NCBI GenBank assembly: GCA_018992685.1
Contig: JACVGT010000019.1
Coordinates: forward strand, 32,001-96,000
Direction: 5' to 3'
Length of the DNA: 64,000 nucleotides
Source: Theionarchaea archaeon
GTDB taxonomy: Archaea; Methanobacteriota_B; Thermococci; Methanofastidiosales; SZ-28-30
The translations under genes were made by a program, and so were the position numbers. The notes beneath the pieces are model-generated. The model saw only the letters and a program-made list of their open reading frames with translations. It did not search any database and was not told the origin of the DNA. Shown one piece after another: positions 57,831 to 64,000 of the stretch (positions are counted from its first letter, which is position 1; every line of letters begins with the position of its first letter).

Positions 57831-59810
57831 CTACGAACTGAAGTTCTCGAGTATTTTTCCATAGATGGCCTTCTCTTTCCCCGAGCTCTTCTTGAACAAT
57901 TTTTCCACAATGAGCTCCGGTGTTGACTTTCCCACCGTTCCAAACACAGGTTGTCTGTCAACCACCAATTCTAACCGTTCATCCAGCCCTGTGGCTTCAA
58001 TGCCGTCGATGCGTGCTGTGGTCAATTCCGAGATCTCTTTCCCCAGGTGGGTAACCAGAGTGCACAACGCATGTTCGTTTTGAGCCAGAAATGTCAGGAA
58101 AGATGCGATGATTTTAGCCGCAGAGCCGGGTTCAGTTATCGCCTCCAGCTCATCAATGAGCACCAACTTTTTGGTTATTGACAAGGCCAGGGGAATCAAG
58201 CTTCTGATGGTGCTTTCAAAGGCGCCTGCATCCTGGCTCTTGGGCTTCCTCAGATAGATGATCTCTTCACAGATCGGGCAAAAACACTCCTCAGCAGGGA
58301 CAAAGAACCCCATCTGAGCCAGGATCTGGATATACAGTATAGTCTCCAGCAACGTGGTCTTTCCTCCAGAATTGGCACCTGTCAGGACCACCGTGCGATC
58401 CGAGGTTGCAAATTCATGGGGAGTCTTCCCAATCTTGTAGGAAACAGGCTGCGCATTCTTAATGGTGATGCTTGTCCCGCCTGTGAAGCTCAATCCAGTC
58501 TCCACAAAAGAGGGAGCAGTCATCTTATATTCAGAAAAGAACCTCCCGACAGCTAGCTTGAAGTCCAGTTCGTGCATGTCCCTCTCTTTTTCTAGGAGGT
58601 ATTCCCAGTTCTTGCCAACGCGGGCAGCATTTCGTGATGCTTTGAACTCCTTCAAGGCCTGACCTTTTCTGATGTCATCTTTCAGTTCCTCAATTCCATC
58701 CCTGTCAGCTTCAACAGGGTACGTCAGTTCGAGAGAGAATGGTTCTGCACGTATGCCAACCTTCTCAGTAACCTCCCTGTTGGCTTCACCTACCAGTCGA
58801 CCATACAGTGAAACAACAGAATCCGGGATGGATTTCCTCAGAGCCAGCACAGGGTCTGTCCGCATCTGCTGCATCATGGACAGGATCTCTTTTCCCTTGA
58901 GCTCAATCTGCTCCTGCTGCATAGCCTCATCAAATTGCCTGTTTATTCTGTCTTCCAGTTCAGCCACCAGAGCTTCAATATCGTACTCTTTGAATGAAGT
59001 TTTCTCCTTCAATGTTTCCAGAGCGGATCGAACCTCCTTTAATCGAAGATCCTCCTGGTGAAGGATCTCACTGATTTCACACATCAAAGAGATTGTTCTC
59101 TCATTCTCAGCGAATTTTTCAACCTCAAGTTCGGGAATAACTTCTTCAAGTGCAAAGTCGTCATACAGAAACTGCACATCAGAGCATTCCAGCAAGTGTT
59201 CATACAGGGCTGATTCTGCAGTATAAACATAAAACACCAGAGGGTACTGCTCTACGGCAGAAATATCTGCAGGGTCTTCCACAAGCAGTACATCACAATA
59301 TTCATTTTTCAGGTCTGCGTATACCTCAACCGAATCAACGACAATGACCCGATCCCTGTACTTCTTCTTTCTGGGTACTGTAAGAGGACTGAGGCGACGC
59401 AGGTTCTCCAGTAGCTGAGACACAGCTTCATCGGTGAGAAGCCTGACAAACTCAGCTGCCTCTTTCGAGTATTGAAGTCTCTTCTTAATGATATCTTCAC
59501 TGGTAACGGGGTAGTAGACCAGGATCCTGTTTTTTCCGTTCTGCGTACAGGGGTATTCCTGCAGTCTCTCCAGAAGATCCTCATAGACGTCTGAGGCATC
59601 GCCACACAGAATGTCCTGGAATTTCTCCCCTGTCTGTACCTCGTAGGCCTGACGCAGTATGCTGAGAGCTGTCTTCCTGCCCAGCCCGGGAACCTCCATC
59701 AACTTTTCGATCTCCAGATTCTCAACAATCTGTTCAGCAGAAGAGCCGTAGTACTCTCTGATCTTTCTGGCTATTCCGGGAGTAGTTACCTTGTCCAGCA
59801 TAATCATCAA
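57831..59810 (-). CDS. Archaeal MutS-family ATPase (MutS2/MutS5-like) with N-terminal HhH
   Basis: VPGLGRKTA HhH; LTGANSGGKT, AGAFE, LIDELEAITEPG, VTHL. Confidence 0.88.
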   Translation of the reverse strand: MMIMLDKVTTPGIARKIREYYGSSAEQIVENLEIEKLMEVPGLGRKTALSILRQAYEVQTGEKFQDILCGDASDVYEDLLERLQEYPCTQNGKNRILVYYPVTSEDIIKKRLQYSKEAAEFVRLLTDEAVSQLLENLRRLSPLTVPRKKKYRDRVIVVDSVEVYADLKNEYCDVLLVEDPADISAVEQYPLVFYVYTAESALYEHLLECSDVQFLYDDFALEEVIPELEVEKFAENERTISLMCEISEILHQEDLRLKEVRSALETLKEKTSFKEYDIEALVAELEDRINRQFDEAMQQEQIELKGKEILSMMQQMRTDPVLALRKSIPDSVVSLYGRLVGEANREVTEKVGIRAEPFSLELTYPVEADRDGIEELKDDIRKGQALKEFKASRNAARVGKNWEYLLEKERDMHELDFKLAVGRFFSEYKMTAPSFVETGLSFTGGTSITIKNAQPVSYKIGKTPHEFATSDRTVVLTGANSGGKTTLLETILYIQILAQMGFFVPAEECFCPICEEIIYLRKPKSQDAGAFESTIRSLIPLALSITKKLVLIDELEAITEPGSAAKIIASFLTFLAQNEHALCTLVTHLGKEISELTTARIDGIEATGLDERLELVVDRQPVFGTVGKSTPELIVEKLFKKSSGKEKAIYGKILENFSS

Positions 59811-60121
59811 ACCGGTCTCAAGTCGATAATGGTGGAGTCTATCCGGGCTTTCAGCCCATGAACAATCAGGAGATTGCCTTCCACCGTGGCAAGTTCTGCA
59901 ATGTCAACGCCCAGGGGATTCGGTCTTCCTGTGTATTCTGTTGCAAAGACTCCTCGCTGCTCGTAGAAGGGCTTGTTCTCAGGATTCTGAACCCAGTATA
60001 TGACCATGACTTTGTGATGGCTATCCAATCCAGCGAGCTGTTCTTCATATTCTTTATCTATGAGCAATTTGAAGGTATCTCCTTCGATTTCGATGATTTT
60101 TCCAATGGATTTCAGCTGCAT
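59807..60121 (-). CDS. TsaA/TrmO-like SAM-binding protein (short)
   Basis: LKSIGKI, RGVFAT...RPNPLG, IIDLRP. Confidence 0.78.
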   Translation of the reverse strand: MQLKSIGKIIEIEGDTFKLLIDKEYEEQLAGLDSHHKVMVIYWVQNPENKPFYEQRGVFATEYTGRPNPLGVDIAELATVEGNLLIVHGLKARIDSTIIDLRPV

Positions 60122-60125
60122 TCTG

Positions 60126-61760
60126 TCACTCTCCTAAGATCTCATGCAGTCGGTCTATGTCATCTGCTTCTTCCGGACTCTTGTCTTCTCTCATCCTGAC
60201 CACCCGCGGAAATCGAAGTGCATAGCCCGATTCATAGTTGGGTGATTTTTGGACTTCTTCATACGCCACTTCCACCACCAGGTAGGGTATTAACTTAACG
60301 GTCTTCCCCTTCTGTTCTATGATGTACGGGGTGAGCTTATCGGTCAATTCCTTGAACAGTTCATCAGTGATGCCTGTACCCACCTTGCCAATTTCCATGA
60401 AGGTGCCCTGCTCATCCCTGATCCCCAGGAGGAAAGAGGCCAGCCAGTGGGCCCTCCGTCCTTCTCCCCATTCAGCTCCAATGATGGCCAGATCCAGAGT
60501 CTCCATGGTCTCTTTAATTTTCAGCCATTTCTTCCCCCGAGCACCCGGCTGGTACACAGATTCCACATCTTTAATCATCAATCCCTCATGCCCCATCTTG
60601 ATTGACTGGTTGAAGAACTCCTGAGCCTCTTCAACATCCTCTGTAACCAGAACGGTAGATATCTGAGCTGATGCTCCTTCCCTGACGAGAGCCTCCAGGA
60701 CTTCGCGTCTCTTTCTGAAAGGAAAATCAAGGAGGGGACCATCTTTGTACAGCACGTCAAAGACATACAGGCTCAACGGGATCTTCTCCATCATCTCCTG
60801 TATATCATATTTTCGTCTCAGTCTCCTCAGAACGTACTGGAAAGGACGGGGGTGATCATGTTCCATGGCCACAATCTCTCCTTCGACAATGGCATCTTCC
60901 ACAATACTCTTTCTCACGGCTCCCACCACATCGGGGAGGGCAGAGGTGATGTCCTCCAGCCTCCGGGAAAAAATTTTTATCTTCTTTCCCTTCTTGTGAA
61001 TCTGTGCCCTTGATCCATCATACTTTATCTCGCAGGATAAGAGATGCATGCGCTCTTTTGCCTCCTGGAGGGTGGCTACCTGGGCAAGCATGAACTTGAT
61101 GGGCCTGAAAAATGTTATGTCCAGCTTATCCAAATCTGCCACATTCTTCCTGGCTGTCTTTGCCACCAACCCGAAATCATTGGTCAGCATGTATGCTCTC
61201 TCCACCTGAGAGGGATCGCAGCCGAACCCCCGGGCTACAGCATCCCGCACAGTCCCTTCTCCAATGCCTGTGCGCATGGTGCCCAGAACAATCCGTACCA
61301 GGTACCGAGCTTCCTTTCCTGTAGCTGAGGAAAACAGATTAGACAAATACTTGAGCTTTTTCTCCTGAGAACGTGCTCCAGAAAACTCACTGAGCTTAGT
61401 CAATATTTCATATACATATTCAACAGATAACTCTTCTGAAAATAGAATGACCTGTTTTTTCTCATTGATGGCTCTTTCACAGGCTTTCCCCATGTCCCCT
61501 TCTTCTCTGACATATTCTTCGATCATAGATTCAGGGACACCTGACACGGTGGAAACTACACGGATTACCAGTTTGGTGCCTACCCCGAGTTCTGCATCCA
61601 TCCAATCAGGAAACACTTTCCCCAGGAGGAAGTAAACCACAACATCTAGGACATCTTCTGGACTCTCCTTCAAGAACTGGGAGACAATGTCTGTCATTTC
61701 CAACCTCTTTGTCGTGTCCTCCAGAGATTCATATACACTGATGAGTGTGGAAAACTTCAT
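60126..61760 (-). CDS. lig: ATP-dependent DNA ligase
   Basis: EIKYDG adenylation motif, EGEIV, FDVLY, EGLMIK, WLKIK, LRFPR. Confidence 0.96.
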   Translation of the reverse strand: MKFSTLISVYESLEDTTKRLEMTDIVSQFLKESPEDVLDVVVYFLLGKVFPDWMDAELGVGTKLVIRVVSTVSGVPESMIEEYVREEGDMGKACERAINEKKQVILFSEELSVEYVYEILTKLSEFSGARSQEKKLKYLSNLFSSATGKEARYLVRIVLGTMRTGIGEGTVRDAVARGFGCDPSQVERAYMLTNDFGLVAKTARKNVADLDKLDITFFRPIKFMLAQVATLQEAKERMHLLSCEIKYDGSRAQIHKKGKKIKIFSRRLEDITSALPDVVGAVRKSIVEDAIVEGEIVAMEHDHPRPFQYVLRRLRRKYDIQEMMEKIPLSLYVFDVLYKDGPLLDFPFRKRREVLEALVREGASAQISTVLVTEDVEEAQEFFNQSIKMGHEGLMIKDVESVYQPGARGKKWLKIKETMETLDLAIIGAEWGEGRRAHWLASFLLGIRDEQGTFMEIGKVGTGITDELFKELTDKLTPYIIEQKGKTVKLIPYLVVEVAYEEVQKSPNYESGYALRFPRVVRMREDKSPEEADDIDRLHEILGE

Positions 61761-61902
61761 GGGAAACGGTAGAAAACGATTCATATAAAGGTTATGTGCA
61801 TGGGGATGGGGATTGCAGGTGGAATATTCTATATCTTCTCCTGGTGTCTTCTGTCTCGGGGTGTTTCTGAACCATGACGATCCGGCCTTGCCACTGGTTC
61901 AC

Positions 61903-62328
61903 TCATCCTGAGTAGGATTCAAGTGTTCTCCTATTCCTGAACCTGAAATAGAGAAGAAGGCACACGGTAGTATTTCCTACCAGGAGGAGGAAAAGTCTCT
62001 GTACGTCCGACGGTGCCACAAAAATAGCAAGATACACGCAAAAAACGATGACACAAAAAATGTCTACGTAGAATTCCAAAATGGCACCGAACCACAAAGG
62101 GTATCCTCCCCCGACTTTTCTCTTCCAAAAGTCATAGGAGAGTCCAAATTTCGTTCCCGTCATCATGAAAAATCCATTAATTATGCCGAAAATCGCCAAA
62201 GGAATCCCCGCAAGGAAAGGGCGGATTACTCTGCCCGTATAGAACTGAAGGTACAGAAAGATTACTAGAAGGCCAAATGAGAGACAGAGCGAGGCAAACC
62301 CAAATAACTTCCTGATTTCTGGCTCCAT
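61903..62328 (-). CDS. Four-TM hypothetical protein, tandem paralog 1
   Basis: Shares MMTG.K.GLSYDF and VQRLF.LL.GNT.VC.LLY.RF.N with 62654-63079. Confidence 0.75.
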   Translation of the reverse strand: MEPEIRKLFGFASLCLSFGLLVIFLYLQFYTGRVIRPFLAGIPLAIFGIINGFFMMTGTKFGLSYDFWKRKVGGGYPLWFGAILEFYVDIFCVIVFCVYLAIFVAPSDVQRLFLLLVGNTTVCLLLYFRFRNRRTLESYSG

Positions 62329-62653
62329 GAGGTAGGTTGATGAGTGAGAATAAAAGTGTTTCTATCCCCTCTTGTCTCCTTTTCTTGAAGAGACACATGG
62401 GGTGCTTGTTGGCTCAAGACGAGATATTCATCTCTCTCTGATTTGTGGTGGTAATGTGGCTCAAAGCCTTCAACTGAGTGAGTGTACTGAAATCCTGAAC
62501 ATTTAGATGGGCACCTGCCATAAAAGCACATTGAAATGTCAGACCTTTAGGTCAGACTATACGAGTTTACAGGTTTTCAGATTCGCCAAAATTCTTGAAT
62601 GAATTCCATTCTCAATCTCAAAAGGAGAAATCTTGCAGCCCATCTCGTTCTTT

Positions 62654-63079
62654 TCACCGTGAGTCAATGTAGGGCCTCTCATTGTCAAACCTCAGATAAA
62701 GAAGAACACACACAATAGTATTTCCCGCCAGCAACACGAATAGTCGCTGTACGATTGAATGTGTAACAAAGACGGCAAGAAAAACACAGAAAATGATAAT
62801 ACTCCCTATGACAACATACGACGTAAGAAGTGGTCCCAGCCATTGAGGCCACTTCAACCGGGACCTTGGTTTTCCGAAATCGTACGAGAGGCCCGGTTTC
62901 TTTCCAGTCATCATGTGGAGTCCCCTGATCATGACTGTGACACAAAGCAGGAGCAGGGGAGCAAGAAGTCGAAGACTCCATATCCCTGTATAGGCCTGAA
63001 GTAGCAGGACTCCTATGAGGAATGCGAAGGAAAAACACACAGCAGCAAACCCTGTTATCCTGGTGACCTGGGGTTGCAT
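62654..63079 (-). CDS. Four-TM hypothetical protein, tandem paralog 2
   Basis: Same length (141 aa) and motifs as 61903-62328. Confidence 0.75.
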   Translation of the reverse strand: MQPQVTRITGFAAVCFSFAFLIGVLLLQAYTGIWSLRLLAPLLLLCVTVMIRGLHMMTGKKPGLSYDFGKPRSRLKWPQWLGPLLTSYVVIGSIIIFCVFLAVFVTHSIVQRLFVLLAGNTIVCVLLYLRFDNERPYIDSR

Positions 63080-63327
63080 GAGTCATGTTACCAAGTATTC
63101 TTAAAAGAGTTTCTATTCCTATGTTGTGAGTTTCCTCCATGAACAAAGGTATTCGTCAGTCTATCAAGAAATTCAGAATCTCTATTGTCTGAAATTCTAG
63201 AAAAGGATTTACCTCCCAACACAAGGAGTTTACTTACATGAATATAGAATCAATAGTCACTCCAGAATATATAGAATGTATAGGCAAGCCTTTTATATAG
63301 GGTATCCCTTACCACTCAGGTGACATT

Positions 63328-64000
63328 ATGAAGGGTCCTTTAAGTATTGGAATTGGATTTAGTGACACTGGCGATGCTGAAAAAGCAGCAAAAGACGCAC
63401 AAGAGATGGCAGGAACGAAAATTGGCTTTGCTATTCTGTTCTCCTCCTCTCACTATGATCCCACCAAGGTATATGAGGACACATCCTCAGTGTTCAAAGA
63501 CGCAAACATCATTGGGTGTACGACAGCAGGCGAACTGTGCAACCTGGCAAAGAATACTACCACAGATTCTGTGGCTGTTCTGGGCATCGGTGGAGCTCGT
63601 ATGCGAACAGCAGTGGGTGTGGGAACTGGTCTCTCACAACGAGGAGAGCAGGCAGGTGCAGAGGCTGCTACTTCAGCGTATCAATCTTTGAATTTTGATC
63701 CTTATACCATGTTTGTGGGAATGATGCATAAGACGCCTCTTGACCTGGTTAAGATGAAGATGTTCTTGAATGTCATCATACCAGACGGTCTTTCTGCAGG
63801 GGAAGAGAATTTTCTGAGAGGACTGGTAACAGTGACAGGACGAAATTCTCCCATAATTGGCGGTTCTGCTGGAGACGATCTCGACCTGAAGAAGACATAC
63901 CAATTCGGCAATGGAGTGTACAGTGATGCAGGAGTCCTGGGAGTTATTACCGGGGGCATCAAGCTGGGAACTGCTATCGGAAACAGTTATGTCCCTGTCT
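63328..64000 (+). CDS. FIST-domain signal-sensing protein, runs off the window edge
   Basis: Hand translation MKGPLSIGIGFS...IIGCTTAGEL...IPDGL...IIGGSAGDD; AGGTGA RBS. Confidence 0.88.
   Translation, partial: MKGPLSIGIGFSDTGDAEKAAKDAQEMAGTKIGFAILFSSSHYDPTKVYEDTSSVFKDANIIGCTTAGELCNLAKNTTTDSVAVLGIGGARMRTAVGVGTGLSQRGEQAGAEAATSAYQSLNFDPYTMFVGMMHKTPLDLVKMKMFLNVIIPDGLSAGEENFLRGLVTVTGRNSPIIGGSAGDDLDLKKTYQFGNGVYSDAGVLGVITGGIKLGTAIGNSYVPV

Overview
Archaeal (euryarchaeal) chromosomal segment. Evidence: topoisomerase VI A/B, GGGP synthase, PCNA, ATP-dependent DNA ligase, L40e, Tsr3, BRE/TATA promoters, and GGAGG/GGTGA ribosome-binding sites. Gene content suggests a Thermococci/Theionarchaea-like peptide degrader (inference). 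It holds two oligopeptide-type ABC operons, four family-5 solute-binding proteins (SBPs), five proteases (M56, caspase-like, clostripain C11, M28, gingipain C25), an ECF module, two IS5-type remnants and housekeeping genes. No CRISPR array, rRNA or tRNA was seen. Main candidate system, a binding-protein switch: (1) three close, circularly permuted SBP paralogs, one heading an ABC operon and two orphans; (2) all three promoters carry the same TAC(T/G)A(C/T)-N5-(G/A)T(A/C)GTA inverted repeat that lies in front of a blaI/blaR1-like repressor-protease pair, upstream of the BRE in the operon copy but downstream of TATA in the orphans; (3) both orphans have a long covarying RNA hairpin leader whose bulge begins a 17/17 or 19/21 nt antisense match to the 5'UTR and RBS of the operon SBP. 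Second candidate: a Cys-containing C-terminal sorting signal (CLGT + hydrophobic helix + basic tail) on four secreted proteins, plus an exosortase/archaeosortase-like domain fused to a beta-propeller inside the ABC operon. All family calls come from motif recognition by eye; no searches were run.
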